A DNA stretch of 63,500 nt, filler included, from Octopus bimaculoides (Eukaryota): the NCBI RefSeq assembly GCF_001194135.2. It is 8 parts of 8 records of this genome, joined end to end, with 100 filler letters (N's around TTAATTAATTAA, not from the genome) between each part and the next. Parts side by side here need not be neighbours in the genome. Positions count along the whole stretch, not along the records: positions 61,248 to 63,500 come from NW_026382400.1; 7 more parts are not named here. The stretch is one strand, 5' to 3'. The translations under genes and the position numbers were made by a program. This document shows, in pieces, positions 63,431-63,500 of this stretch. Position 1 is the first letter of the stretch. Each line of letters opens with the position of its first letter. The notes beneath the pieces are model-generated. The model was given only the letters and a program-made list of their open reading frames with translations, had not been told where the DNA came from and searched no databases.

Positions 63431-63500
63431 TTTAGATAACTGTGTATATGTATATATATATATGTATATGTGTGTGTATGTATGTGTATATGCGTATATA

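Overview
AT-rich, gappy, repeat-dense eukaryotic (animal) genomic DNA. The tRNA-derived SINE families and microsatellite load resemble octopus/cephalopod genomes; this is an inference from memory, not a database match. The window is a mosaic of 8 segments joined by seven identical artificial 100-bp linkers (44 N + TTAATTAATTAA + 44 N), so adjacency across linkers is unproven. Host coding content is small: two spliced minus-strand exons of an SLC22/organic-cation-transporter-like MFS gene (56530-56742, 58437-58608), and the 5' coding part of a plus-strand type II membrane protein, probably an alpha-1,3-fucosyltransferase (59617-59960, running into a gap). Most other assignable sequence is transposon debris: Penelope-like elements (PLEs) of at least two types, Tx1/L1-like, CR1/L2-like and restriction-like-endonuclease LINE fragments, Tc1 and mariner relics, hAT/mariner MITEs, a Helentron-type HINE, fold-back elements and several modular tRNA-SINE families. 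The most interesting signal is a set of minimal hammerhead-ribozyme motifs with loop-less palindromic stem III (dimer-type): one inside a tRNA-headed SINE-like element (29469-29720) and others in a dispersed PLE terminal-repeat family (47746-47782, 54432-54466, plus degenerate copies). SINE family letters A-D are my own labels, and most repeat boundaries are approximate.
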